Shown: piece after piece, positions 1 to 9,928 of the stretch
Numbering within the stretch: position 1 is the first letter of the stretch
Layout of the letters: each line of letters opens with the position of its first letter
NCBI GenBank assembly: GCA_963815655.1
Contig: CAWFHK010000001.1
Coordinates: forward strand, 1,165,813-1,229,812
Reading direction: 5' to 3'
DNA from: an uncultured Acidobacteriota bacterium
GTDB lineage: Bacteria; Acidobacteriota; Thermoanaerobaculia; UBA5066; Gp7-AA6
DNA length: 64,000 nt
Program-made: the position numbers and the translations under genes
Notes under the pieces: model-generated
What the model was told of the DNA's origin: nothing
The model's input: the letters and a program-made list of their open reading frames with translations, nothing else
Databases searched by the model: none

Positions 1-1280
1 CGGGGTCGCGGGGGCGTCTCCGATCTCGAACAGGGCGGCAAGCTCCTGCTCCATATTCGGGCGCGGGGCGGGACGGCCGCCCAGGCAGAGGATCGCCAGC
101 GGCTCCCCCTTCTCGACCCGGTCGCCGACGGTCTTCTCGACGAGGAAGCCGGCGGCGAAATCGATCGTGTCCTCGCGCTTCCTCCGGCCGCAGCCGATGT
201 CGATCGAGAGGAAGCCCATCTTCTCGGTCTGGATCGAGCGGACGTAGCCCGAGCGGGGCGCGACGGCGGGGATTTTCTTCTTCGGCTGCGGGAGGAGAGA
301 GACATCTTGAACGACCCGCGGATCGCCCCCCTGGAACTCGATCAGCTCGCCGAACTTCGCCGCGGCGGCCCCCGAGTCGAAAGCCTTCTCCAGCCGGGAG
401 CGCGCCTCGCCATCCGAGATCTTCGGCTCCGCAAAGGCAAGCATCTCCGCGCCGAGAACCAGGCACAGCTCCCGAAGAAGCGGCGGCCCCTCGCCTCGCA
501 GACAGAGGATGGATTCCTCCGCCTCGAGAGCGTTGCCGACGGCCCGGCCCAGAGGGCGGCTCATGTCAGTGATCCACCCAGTTGCTTCCCGCCCCGCAGC
601 CCGTGAGGTATCTACTAGCGCGCGCCCCAGGGCGCGCGCTTCTTCGACGGTCTTCAAGAACGCCCCGTTGCCGGTCTTCACGTCGAACACGATGCCGGTC
701 GTCCCGGAGGCAAGCTTCTTCGAGAGGATCGAGGCCACGATCAGGCCGAGCGACTCGACCGTCCCCGTCACGTCGCGCAGCGCATAGAGGGTGCGATCCG
801 CCGGGGCGATGGCGTCCGTCTGGGCGAAGAGGGCGGCGCCGACTTTGGTCAGCGCCTCCCGCACCCGCGGCAGGTCGAGGTCCGTCCGGAAGCCCGGGAT
901 CGCGGCGAGCTTGTCCAGGGTCCCTCCCGTATGCCCGAGCCCGCGGCCCGACATCATCCCGACGCGCGCCCCCGCGGCGGCCACGAGAGGCGCCAGGACG
1001 AGCGACACCTTGTCTCCGACTCCTCCCGTCGAGTGCTTGTCCACGACCGGAGCGAGATCTGAAAGGTCCCAGCAGTCACCCGAGTCGCGCATCGCTTCCG
1101 TCAGAGCCGCCGTCTCCGCGGTCGAGAGACCGAGGATCACCGCCGCCATCAGGAACGCGGCGGCCTGATACTCGGGGACTTCTCCGGAGACGACGCCGGC
1201 GACGAGGTAGGCGATCTCCTCTTTCGGCAGCTCCTGGCCTTCTCTCTTCGCCCGCAGGATCTCGTAGACGGTTCTCATCG
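1..1280 (-). CDS. deoA: Thymidine phosphorylase (pyrimidine-nucleoside phosphorylase). The C-terminus runs off the window start.
   Basis: The reverse-strand translation begins MRTVYEILRAKREGQELPKEEIAYL and contains VVDKHSTGGVGDKVSLVLAPLVAAAGARVGMMSGRGLGHTGGTLDKL, the thymidine phosphorylase signature. About 426 of ~435 aa lie in the window. It is absent from the ORF track because it is truncated at the edge. Confidence 0.8.
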
Positions 1281-1294
1281 GCTTGAATTCGGCC

Positions 1295-2287
1295 TCACGA
1301 GGGGACGACCCGCGTCTCCAGGCGGCCTTTGCCGCCCGCCTTGGCAGAATACATCAGCCCATCCACGAGCTCGACCATCTGCTCGACGGAGGCCGGAGGC
1401 TTCTCGAACGTCGCGGCGCCGATGGACACGGTCACCGGCCACTGTCCCTGGCGCATCACGTCGGAGAGTTGCGCCTCGAGCTTCCGCAGGACCGTGTCCG
1501 CGTCGGACAGCTCGGTCTGGGGGAGCAGGACCATGAACTCGTCGCCTCCCAGGCGGGCCACGATGTCGTTGACGCGAAGGCTCTTCCGAATGGCCTGCGC
1601 CGTCTGGATGAGGACCCGGTCCCCGGTCTCGTGTCCGAACCGGTCGTTGACCTGCTTGAAGTTGTCCAGGTCCAGATAGGCCACGGTGAACCGGCCCCCG
1701 TAACGCGCCACGCGCTCGATCTCGGCCTCGGCCAGCTCGGCGAAAGCGCGCCGATTGGGGATCTGGGTGAGCGCATCGACACGGGCGGCGGCCTTCTCGC
1801 GCCAGAGCGCCGCCCGCAGCGCGGACAGGAGCGCCGCGAACAGGAGAAAGAACCCGACAAGCAGCACGGCATTGGAATACGTCACCGCGGAGTCCGCCAA
1901 ACCGTCCTTCCCCTCGAGAAAGGACTCCAGGAGCCAGACGCCGGCGCCCAGCACGGAGAAGAACACTCCCGCCTGCGGGCCCACGAACCAGGCGGCCAGG
2001 GCGACCGGGGCCAGGTAAAAGAAGGAGAAGCGGATATCAACGGGAGTCAGATAGGTCGCCAGCGCGATGGCGCAAACGAGCAGCCCGGCAATCGCGACCA
2101 CGAAGGCGGGCCGGAGGTGTTCGAGCGATTCCAGAACGGCGCCGAGGGCTCGGCGCGCCAATCCCCTACTGTGCGAGCGATTCACGCACTCTTTCCCGCC
2201 AGCGCCGGGCCTTCTCGAGAATGCCCGCCTCATTGAGAGTGGTCGGGCGGCGATGCCGCAACAGCCGTTTGCCTTCCACCCAGACAT
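1295..2287 (-). CDS. Membrane-anchored diguanylate cyclase (GGDEF domain). The true start is probably internal, near 2230.
   Basis: N-terminal TM helices are followed by RAFAELAEAEIERVARYGGRFTVAYLDLDNFKQVNDRFGHETGD...GGDEFMVLL, an A-site GG(D/E)EF motif. Confidence 0.75.
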   Translation of the reverse strand: MSGWKANGCCGIAARPLSMRRAFSRRPGAGGKECVNRSHSRGLARRALGAVLESLEHLRPAFVVAIAGLLVCAIALATYLTPVDIRFSFFYLAPVALAAWFVGPQAGVFFSVLGAGVWLLESFLEGKDGLADSAVTYSNAVLLVGFFLLFAALLSALRAALWREKAAARVDALTQIPNRRAFAELAEAEIERVARYGGRFTVAYLDLDNFKQVNDRFGHETGDRVLIQTAQAIRKSLRVNDIVARLGGDEFMVLLPQTELSDADTVLRKLEAQLSDVMRQGQWPVTVSIGAATFEKPPASVEQMVELVDGLMYSAKAGGKGRLETRVVPS

Positions 2288-3640
2288 CCGTCACGTCGGA
2301 GGCCTTGGCGGAGTAGACGAGGGCCGAGTACGGGTCGTCGAATGGCTGGACGTGCGCGTTGTGGACGTCCACCACGATGAAGTCCGCCTGCTTGCCCGGC
2401 TCGAGAGAGCCGATCTTCGCGGCGAGCCCGAGCGCCTGCGCTCCCCCTCGCGTCGCCGCAGCGACGAGGACGCGGGCTGGCAGGACCGTCGGGTCTTCCT
2501 TCGAGACCTTGGCGAGCTTGCCGGCGAAATCCATCGCCTCGAACATGTTGAGATCGTTGTTGGAGCCGGCGGGACCGTCGGTGCCGAGTCCCCAGACGAG
2601 GCCTTCGCTCTGCCAGGCCGTGACGTCGGCGATGCCCGAGCCGAGCTTCATGTTGGATTCGGGGTTGTGCGACAGGGCCACTCCGTACTGCTTGACGAGA
2701 GCGCGGTCCTTCTCGTCCATCCACACGCCGTGAGCGGCCACGATCGGAACGCGCAGGCCCTGCGCGGAGGGATCGAAGAACCCGATCGCGGCGAGGTGGA
2801 GGACCGGGCTCTCCCCGGCGCTCCCCTCCGGCTCCGCGAGCTCCTTCTTCGTCTCCCGCAGGTGGATCAGGATCGGGATTCCCTCGGCGAGGGCGAAGGC
2901 GCGCGCCGCGAGCAGGGTCTCCTTCGAGCAGGTGTAGGTCGAGTGCGGGGCGACGGCCGGCGTGATCCGCGGGTGTCCCTTCCAGCGCTTGACGTAGTCC
3001 GTCATGAAGGCGAGCGTCGCCGGGAGGTCCTTGTGATCGGGCACCGGGAAATCGATGAAGGTCTCCCCCATGACGCCCCGCAGCCCCGCCTTCTCGACGG
3101 CGCGCGCGGCGTCGGACTCGAAGTAGTACATGTCGGCGAACGTGGTCGTCCCTCCCTCGATCATCTCGAGGGCCGCCAGGAGCGTTCCGTCGTACACGAA
3201 TTCGGGGGACACGTTTCTCTTCTCCGCCGGGAAGATGTGTTCGGTCAGCCACTTCTCGAGCGGCAGGTCGTCGGCGATCCCCCGAAGCAGGGTCATGGCG
3301 GCATGGGTGTGCGTGTTGACGAGGCCGGGCATGACGATGTCGCCGCGGGCGTCGTCGGTGGCGCGGGCGGAGAAACGCTTCGCGATCTCGGCGGAGGGCC
3401 CGACGGCGACAATCTTCCCGTCCTTGACCGCGAGGGCGCCCGGGTCGAAGAGCGAGAACTTCCCGTCCATCGTCACGACGCGCGCGTTGACGACGAGGAG
3501 GTCCGCGGGCTCCTTCTTCGCCGGGGCCGCGGCGAGAAGAACGAGGCAGACGAGCGCGACGGGAAGAACCCGGCGCCATCGGGTGAGAGAGCGCCCCTCA
3601 CCCCGCCCCTCTCCCGCCGGGAGAGGGGGAATTCGTCTCA
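2166..3640 (-). CDS. Secreted amidohydrolase of the TRZ/ATZ/MtaD-like family; candidate nucleoside or base deaminase.
   Basis: Metal-binding motifs VNTHTHAAMTLLRG ... GTDGPAGSNNDLNMFE, with a signal peptide. The ATG is at 3638-3640. The 5' coding region passes through a REP-like palindrome. Confidence 0.7.
3594..3630. repeat. REP-like GC-rich palindromic element, copy 1. It sits inside the 5' end of the amidohydrolase ORF.
   Basis: cccctcaccccgcccctctcccgccgggagaggggga. The palindrome is cccctctcccg/ccgggagagggg. Confidence 0.7.
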
Positions 3641-3644
3641 TTGC

Positions 3645-3672
3645 CCTACGACCTATCACCTACCACCTACCA
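3645..3672. repeat. CCTACCA-type heptamer repeats between the cdd stop and the amidohydrolase start.
   Basis: cctacgacctatcacctaccacctacca. The same unit recurs in the 44131-44213 hairpin. Confidence 0.55.
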
Positions 3673-3673
3673 T

Positions 3674-4060
3674 CTAAAAATCGAACGGCTCGGGAAACAG
3701 CTCCCGCAGCTCGAACCGCTTCCTCTTGCCGGCGACGGTCGCCATGATGATCGGGACGTCGCCGGCGAACTCCCAGAGGATCTGGCGGCAGGCTCCGCAG
3801 GGAGGCGTCGGCTCGTCGGCGCCCGTCACGACGGCGACCGCTCGGAACTTTCGGACCCCTTCCGAGAGCGCCTTCCAGATCGCGACCCGCTCCGCGCAGA
3901 CCGTCAGGCCATACGTCGAGTTCTCGACGTTGCAGCCGCCCCAGATTCTCCCGCTCTCGTCCTCGATCGCGGCGCCGACGGAAAACCCGCTTCTCCTCGA
4001 AACCGCGTTGTTCCGGTACCGAGTCGCGGCTTCGATCAGCTTCTCTTCTCCCTCTCCCAT
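3674..4060 (-). CDS. cdd: Cytidine deaminase.
   Basis: 128 aa with CAERVAI ... PCGACRQ zinc-ligand motifs. Confidence 0.9.
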   Translation of the reverse strand: MGEGEEKLIEAATRYRNNAVSRRSGFSVGAAIEDESGRIWGGCNVENSTYGLTVCAERVAIWKALSEGVRKFRAVAVVTGADEPTPPCGACRQILWEFAGDVPIIMATVAGKRKRFELRELFPEPFDF

Positions 4061-4906
4061 TCACCCTCTCTCGACCGCCGCCGCGATCCTCGGCACCGCC
4101 GCCTCCAGCAGCTTCACGAAGCGCGCGCCCACGCGCTTTGTCGTCTCGAGCACCTCGACGTGGTTCAGGGGCTTCTTCAGGATCCCCGCCGCCATGTTGG
4201 TGATCGTCGAGATTCCCGCGACGCGCACGCCGGCATGGCGCAGGGCGATCGCCTCGGGAACGGTGGACATGCCGACCGCGTCCACGCCGAGCTTGCGCCA
4301 CATCCGGATCTCCGCCGGGGTCTCGTAGGAGGGACCCGTGAGGCTGACGTAGATCCCCTGCCGCAGGGGGATTCGAAGCCTCCGCGCCGCGGCCCGGATC
4401 ACGCTCCGGAGCTTCGCGTCGTAGACCACGCTCATGTCCGGAAAGCGGGGTCCGAGCTTCTCCTCGTTGGTTCCGACGAGCGGGTTCGTGCCGAGGGCGT
4501 TGATGTGGTCGCGGATGAGCATCAGGTCGCCGGGGCGGAAGGAGAGCCGCACGCCTCCGGCCGCGTTGGTCAGCACGACGGCCTTCACGCCCAGCCTCGC
4601 GAGCACGCGGGCCGGGAAGACGACGTCCGACATCGGCCGCCCCTCGTAGTAATGGATCCGCCCCGCGAGGACGACCACGGGCGTCGAGCCGACGCTCCCC
4701 AGGACGAGCTCCCCGGCGTGGCCGACGACGCCGCTCGGAACGGGGAAGTTCGGGATCCTCTCGTAGGAGATCGCCGTGCGCCCCGAAAGACTCTCCGCGA
4801 AGGCGCCCAGCCCGGAGCCCAGGACCAGGCCGACGAGAGGCGGCGACTTCGCCTTCTTCCGGATGGCCTCGGCGGCGGCGTCGAGGCGGCCGAGGAGGCC
4901 CGAATC
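4061..4906 (-). CDS. punA: Purine nucleoside phosphorylase, PNP-I / PunA type.
   Basis: GTG start. Contains GRIHYYEG, TNAAGG and ETPAEIRMWRKLGVDAVGMSTVPE motifs. The ORF track merged it with upstream antisense sequence. Confidence 0.85.
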   Translation of the reverse strand, partial: DSGLLGRLDAAAEAIRKKAKSPPLVGLVLGSGLGAFAESLSGRTAISYERIPNFPVPSGVVGHAGELVLGSVGSTPVVVLAGRIHYYEGRPMSDVVFPARVLARLGVKAVVLTNAAGGVRLSFRPGDLMLIRDHINALGTNPLVGTNEEKLGPRFPDMSVVYDAKLRSVIRAAARRLRIPLRQGIYVSLTGPSYETPAEIRMWRKLGVDAVGMSTVPEAIALRHAGVRVAGISTITNMAAGILKKPLNHVEVLETTKRVGARFVKLLEAAVPRIAAAVERG

Positions 4907-4908
4907 GC

Positions 4909-6168
4909 TCACTGGACCACTCCGAGCTCGAAGATGAGCCCCGCGATCGCGGCCGTCATGAAGCTGACGAGCGAGCCCGCGAGGAGCGCGCGGAACCCCA
5001 GGCGCGCCAGGTCTGACTTGCGCGTGGGCGCGAGGCCGCCGATCCCGCCGATCTGGATGCCGATCGAGGAGAAGTTCGCGAACCCGCAGAGGGCGAAGGT
5101 CGCGATCAGCTTCCCCTTCTCGGAGAGCTGGCCGACGACGTCCTTCATCATCGAGAACGCGAAGAACTCGTTGATCACCGTCTTGTTCGCGATCAGGTTC
5201 CCGACGAGCGCCGCGTCCTGCTTCGGGGCCCCGAGCAGGATCGCCAGCGGTCCGAGCACCCACCCGAAGACCGTCTGGAGCGAGAACTCCGGGTTCCCCC
5301 AGAAGTGGCCGACCCATCCGAGGAACCCGTTCAGCATCGCGATCAGGGCGACGAACGCGATCAGCATCGCCGAGATGTTGAGCACGAGCGTCATCCCCTG
5401 CGTGGCGCCGGTCGCCGTCGCGTCGATGAAGTTGGCGCTCGTCTTCTCGACCTGCATCTTGACGGTGCCCATCGTGACGGGCGACTCCGTCTCGGGCCAG
5501 AGGATCTTGGCGATCAGGAAGGTCCCCGGCGCGGCCATGACCGACGCCGTGATCAGGTACTTCAGGGGCGCTCCCATCGTCACGTAGGCGAGCATGACCG
5601 CCCCGGAGACGTGCGCCATGCCTCCCGTCATCATCGTCAGCAGCTCCGAGGTGGTCATGGCCGGGATGTAGGGGGCGATCAGGACCGGCGCCTCGGTCTG
5701 GCCGATGAAGACGTTGGCGGCCACGCAGAGGGCCTCCGCGCCCGACACTTTCATGGTCTTCTGCATGACCCACGCCATCGCCTTGACGAGGACCTGGATG
5801 ATCCCGAAGTAGTAGAGGAGCGAGAAGAAGGCGCAGATGAAGATGATGATGGGGAGAACCTTGAAAGCGAAGATGAAGCCCCGCAGCGGCATCCCCAGCT
5901 TGGCGCCGATCTCGTCCATCGGGCCGGCCATCCAGCCGAAGAGGAACGCGGAGCCCTTGTCCGCGTAGCCGATGGCGCTCGAGACCTTGTTCGAGAACGC
6001 CTCCAGCCCCTCCTTCCCCCTCTCCCAGTAGAGGACGATGGCCGCGAACGTGAGCTGCAGCGCGAAGGCCCACCCGATCGTCCGCCAGCGGATCGCGCGG
6101 CGATTCTTGGACAGGGCGAGCGCGACCCCGACGATGACCGCCATTCCAACAAGGCCGATCCAACGCAT
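4909..6168 (-). CDS. nupC: Concentrative nucleoside transporter of the NupC/CNT family.
   Basis: 419 aa polytopic membrane protein with CNT-family sequence character throughout. Its stop abuts the punA start. Confidence 0.85.
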   Translation of the reverse strand: MRWIGLVGMAVIVGVALALSKNRRAIRWRTIGWAFALQLTFAAIVLYWERGKEGLEAFSNKVSSAIGYADKGSAFLFGWMAGPMDEIGAKLGMPLRGFIFAFKVLPIIIFICAFFSLLYYFGIIQVLVKAMAWVMQKTMKVSGAEALCVAANVFIGQTEAPVLIAPYIPAMTTSELLTMMTGGMAHVSGAVMLAYVTMGAPLKYLITASVMAAPGTFLIAKILWPETESPVTMGTVKMQVEKTSANFIDATATGATQGMTLVLNISAMLIAFVALIAMLNGFLGWVGHFWGNPEFSLQTVFGWVLGPLAILLGAPKQDAALVGNLIANKTVINEFFAFSMMKDVVGQLSEKGKLIATFALCGFANFSSIGIQIGGIGGLAPTRKSDLARLGFRALLAGSLVSFMTAAIAGLIFELGVVQ

Positions 6169-6180
6169 CTCTCCTCCGGC

Positions 6181-7331
6181 TCAAAAGCGCGCCGCGCGCG
6201 CGTCGAACTCCCGCCCCCGCCAGGTCAGGCGCCTCCGGACGACCCGTTGAAACAAGGATCGGCAGGTTATTCCTGCCCAAACCGCCGCCATTATAGGGTG
6301 ACTGAAGGAAGGCCAGAGCGGATCGCCCATCGCCGCCGCGAGCACCAGGCGAGCCGCGATCGGCAGCGCGGTGCCGAGGGCCGCGAGAGGAGGGTCGATC
6401 CCCCGGACACCCATGAGCGCGGCGAGAAGGAGCAGAGGGGGCACGGTGTTGACCGCGAACCAGAACGCGGTCAGCAGGAGCAGCGCCGCGCCCGTCATTC
6501 CCTGGAAAACGTAGGCGACGTTCTTCCCGAATCCGTCCCAGATTTCGCGGAATCCCCGGTACATCCGCACGGCGACGCGGTCCTCGGCGCGCACGGTGCG
6601 CGCCCGGAATCCCGACCTCTTCACACGGAGAGCCAGGGCGACGTCGTCGACGACGGAGGCCTTCAGCGCCTCGTGACCGCCGATCGCGTCGTAGGCGGCG
6701 CGCCGGATCACGTTGCCCGCGCCCCCGCCCGCGGCGAACCAGCGGAGCCGGTCGAAGTTCGCCAGGATCCCGGGTCCGGCGAAATACGCGCCGAGGATAT
6801 AAGGCATGAGCACGTTCTCCCAGAAACCCTCCGCCTCCATCCGGGGAAGGAGGGCCAGGAAGTCGGCTCCCCGCTCATCCAGAAACGCCACGGCCTCCCT
6901 CAGGCAGCGCGGGTGATACACGACGTCCGCGTCGGCGAAGAGCAGGACCTCGCCGCCCGCCTCCCGGGCCCCGAGCCACAGGGCGTGGGGCTTGCCCAGC
7001 CAGCCCGGCGGCGGGTCGCTCCCCGCGACGATCCTCAACCGCGGGTTCTCGAGCGCGATCGCGTGGAGGATTGCCCCCGTCCCGTCCGTCGAGCGGTCGT
7101 CAACGACGAGAACCTCGAAGTCCTGATACTCCTGCGCGAGCTGCGACCGGACCGCGGCGGCGATCGCCCGCTCCTCGTTGCGCGCCGGGACGATGATCGA
7201 GACCTTCGGCGCGGCGCCCGCCGGAGCGGGCGTGCGGGAGAGGCGCGGCGTCACGGCGAGGTTCACGATCACGAGGAGGAGCAGGAGGCCGCCGTACACG
7301 GCCGCCGCCGCGAGGATCGCGTGGACCACTA
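6181..7331 (-). CDS. Family 2 glycosyltransferase (membrane).
   Basis: IIVPARNEE ... VVDDRSTDGT ... DADV motifs plus C-terminal TM helices. The GTG start overlaps the deoB stop. Confidence 0.7.
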
Positions 7332-8477
7332 TCGCAGCAGCCCGGCGAGCGCGCTCTCCCCCCGCGGCGCCGCGACGCCGAGCCACTCCCCCGCGGTCGC
7401 GGCGAGATCGCAGAAGCCCCGCCGCACCCCCAGGTCCACGTCGGGGCGGACGGCCCCGCCGGCCGCGAGGAGCGGCACGAACTCCCGCGTGTGGTCCGTC
7501 GAGACGTCCGTCGTCTCGCAGCCGTGGTCGGCCGTCACGAAGAGCAGGTCCTCCGGGCCGAGGTCCGCGAGGAGGTCCGGCAGCTGCGAGTCGAGCGACG
7601 CGAGGTTCTTCGCGTAGCCGGCCGGGTCGTTGCGGTGCCCGTACTTGCTGTCGAAGTCCACGAGGTTGGTGAAGACGACATCGGCTCGCCGCCGGCGCAG
7701 CGCCTCCGAGGTCACGCGCATCCCCTCCGAATCGGAGGCGGTGTGCACCGAATCGGTGATGCCGCGCCCGGAGAAGATGTCCACGATCTTCCCGACGCCG
7801 AAGACCGATTTCCCCGCCGCCACGAGCCGGTCGAGCCACGTCTCCCCGGTCGGCTCAACGGTGAAGTCGCGGCGGTTGGCGGTGCGTGTGAAGGCGCCGG
7901 GCGTTCCGAGGAAGGGGCGCGCGATGACGCGGCCGACCAGGTGCTCCCCCACGAGAATCCCGCGGGCGAAGCGGCACAGATCCCAGAGCTTCTCCGGCGG
8001 CCAGATCTCCTCATGCGCCGCGACCTGGAAGACGGAATCCCCCGACGTGTAGAGGATGGGGCGGCCCGTTGCCATGTGCTCCGGCCCCAGCTCCTTCAGG
8101 ATCTCCGTCCCCGACGCCGCCCTGTTGCCCAGGACCCTCTTCCCCGCGAACTCCTCGAAGGGTCCGACGATCTCGGGAGGAAACCCGCCCGGATAGAGCG
8201 GAAACGGGCGCTCGACGACGAGGCCCATCATTTCCCAGTGCCCCGTCGTCGTGTCCTTCCCGGCCGAGAGCTCCATCGCCTTTCCCCGCGCGCCGGTCTG
8301 CCGCCCGCGGCCGTCGACGGCGAGGAGACCCAGCCGCTCGAGATTCGGGAGCGCGGTGGGACACCGGTCGAGCACGTGGCCGAGCGTGTCGCTCCCGGCG
8401 TCTCCGTAGATCTCCGCGTCGGGCGCCGCGCCGACGCCCAGCCCGTCGCACACGAGGATGACGGCGCGGCGGGTCAT
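7329..8477 (-). CDS. deoB: Phosphopentomutase.
   Basis: N-terminus MTRRAVILVCDGLGVGAAPDAEIYGDAGSDTLGH, with alkaline-phosphatase-superfamily metal ligands (DHG). 382 aa. Confidence 0.85.
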   Translation of the reverse strand: MTRRAVILVCDGLGVGAAPDAEIYGDAGSDTLGHVLDRCPTALPNLERLGLLAVDGRGRQTGARGKAMELSAGKDTTTGHWEMMGLVVERPFPLYPGGFPPEIVGPFEEFAGKRVLGNRAASGTEILKELGPEHMATGRPILYTSGDSVFQVAAHEEIWPPEKLWDLCRFARGILVGEHLVGRVIARPFLGTPGAFTRTANRRDFTVEPTGETWLDRLVAAGKSVFGVGKIVDIFSGRGITDSVHTASDSEGMRVTSEALRRRRADVVFTNLVDFDSKYGHRNDPAGYAKNLASLDSQLPDLLADLGPEDLLFVTADHGCETTDVSTDHTREFVPLLAAGGAVRPDVDLGVRRGFCDLAATAGEWLGVAAPRGESALAGLLR

Positions 8478-8480
8478 GAA

Positions 8481-8517
8481 GGGCGGGAGGCGAGAGGCGG
8501 GAGGCGGGAGGCGGAGA
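8481..8517. repeat. Tandem heptamer repeat (GGCGGGA-like), followed by a small hairpin.
   Basis: gggcgggaggcgagaggcgggaggcgggaggcggagag lies in the deoB / YfgM-like intergenic gap. Confidence 0.6.
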
Positions 8518-8570
8518 GCCAGCAGAGCGCGTTCGTCACGGCAGCCGCTGCCATACAGCGACCCACGGGC

Positions 8571-9266
8571 TCACGATCCCGGGATCTTCTGCCGGGCGTC
8601 GTTGCGGTAGGGGGAATTCGGGTAGTCGGTGACCAGCCGCTGGAACGTGGCGCGGGCGTCGGCGGCGGAGCCGGAATCCTCGTAGACCTGTCCCAGCGCG
8701 AAGAGCAGGGCATCCTTGGGCGCCGCGGACGCGGGCGACTCGATGGCCCTCTTCAACCGGTCGATCGCCTCGGTCCTCTTTCCCTGGGCGGCGAGGAATC
8801 GCGCCGCGTCGAGCTCCGCCGAAGCGGCGACCTCGGCCTTGGCCACGCGCGCGGTCCGGGCGAAGGTTTCGGCGGCGGTGGCCGGCTTGTCGCGCGCCGC
8901 GAGGATCAGGGCGGCCGCCCGTCCCGCCGAAGTCCCCGGGTGGTCCGCCGCCTTGCGCAGGTGCAAGTCCACTTCCTTGTTCCTCGCGTCCGCGCTCGCG
9001 AACGTCTTCGGCGCCCCCACGGCCGCGGGCTGGCCGGCCAGCGGAGTGTCCAGGGCGGCCAGCGCCGCCGACAGCTCCTTGCCCGCCTGGTTCTCGCGGT
9101 AGGTCCGGAGGAGCACGAAGCCTCCGATGAGCAGCGCCACGACCGCCGCCGCGACGATGCCTTCCGTGACCCCCCGCCGGTGCAGGCTGACGTAGTCGAC
9201 CGTCCGGCCCATCGTCTCGACAAGGTCGTTGCGCTTCATCTGCTTCCGGGTGATCTTTTTTCCCAT
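8571..9266 (-). CDS. Membrane-anchored TPR protein (YfgM / UPF0070-like).
   Basis: N-terminal basic segment, a single TM helix, then TPR-like helical repeats. 231 aa. Confidence 0.55.
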   Translation of the reverse strand: MGKKITRKQMKRNDLVETMGRTVDYVSLHRRGVTEGIVAAAVVALLIGGFVLLRTYRENQAGKELSAALAALDTPLAGQPAAVGAPKTFASADARNKEVDLHLRKAADHPGTSAGRAAALILAARDKPATAAETFARTARVAKAEVAASAELDAARFLAAQGKRTEAIDRLKRAIESPASAAPKDALLFALGQVYEDSGSAADARATFQRLVTDYPNSPYRNDARQKIPGS

Positions 9267-9928
9267 TTGGCCGATTATCCGCGAGACAGGGAGAAACGGT
9301 CAAGGAAGGGCGCCGTGCGGTAGTGGGTCATTTTGAACATGAGCCACTGAACATCCCATCCGCCCCGGCGTCGGGCCCGCCTCCCTCGTCGGCACGCGAC
9401 GGCCCCTGCCGCGATTGAAGAACCGGGCCGTCGCTCGTCGTTCGGTCGCATTGGCAGCGAGGCGATTGTTGATTCTTGGTGTGCTCCCTCTCTCAGGCCT
9501 CCTCCGGGAGGCGGCCCCGCCGCCGGGGCTTCACCTCGGCCCAAGGGAGACGCCGCACTCCGGAGCCCCCGTTTAGAACCTCTCGGCCGCCTGGTCGCGC
9601 AGCGACCGCCCGCGGCCGAAAGTGATGGGTGACGAGCATGGAAGAGCGCGACCGGTGCCACGATGAGACTGCGAGGAACCCTCAGCGCCGGCCGGTTCTT
9701 CCCCTTGCGGCAGGCCGGCGCGTGCCTCCGAGGGAAATGCCGACGGCTCCGGGGCGACCTTCTCGCCTCACACCAAATTGACCCACTACCCGCCGTGCGG
9801 TCGTGTCCCGGTTTGGGTCCATGGTGTTTGAACCGCCGCTCCGTCGGGGCCGCGAATTCCGATGGAATCTCAAACCAGGTCCTATCCGCCGTGCGGCGAG
9901 CGGATTTCCGAACCGAACGAAGAGCCGC

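Noticed and set aside
2067-3677. 536-aa plus-strand ORF and 449-aa minus-strand ORF overlapping the amidohydrolase.
   Set aside because: Alternative frames of a gene with clear amidohydrolase motifs. Arg-rich composition.
4061-6280. 739-aa ORF in the track.
   Set aside because: It is punA (real, 4061-4906) extended through antisense-of-nupC sequence. Resolved into punA + nupC.
5305-7617. 770-aa plus-strand ORF.
   Set aside because: Antisense to nupC and GT2. Extreme Arg/Asp/Glu/Gly low-complexity composition, typical of spurious ORFs in roughly 70% GC DNA.
9267-9928. Possible RNase P RNA, tmRNA or SRP RNA in the long non-coding regions (also 41034-42105).
   Set aside because: I looked for GGAAAGTCCGGGC / ACAGAACCCGGCTTA (RNase P), the tRNA-like 3' end GGTTCGAnTCC...CCA (tmRNA) and GTCCGGAAGGAAGCAGC (4.5S). 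Only weak partial resemblance at about 41470 (gtccggaaacaatacaggaag) was found. Not claimed.
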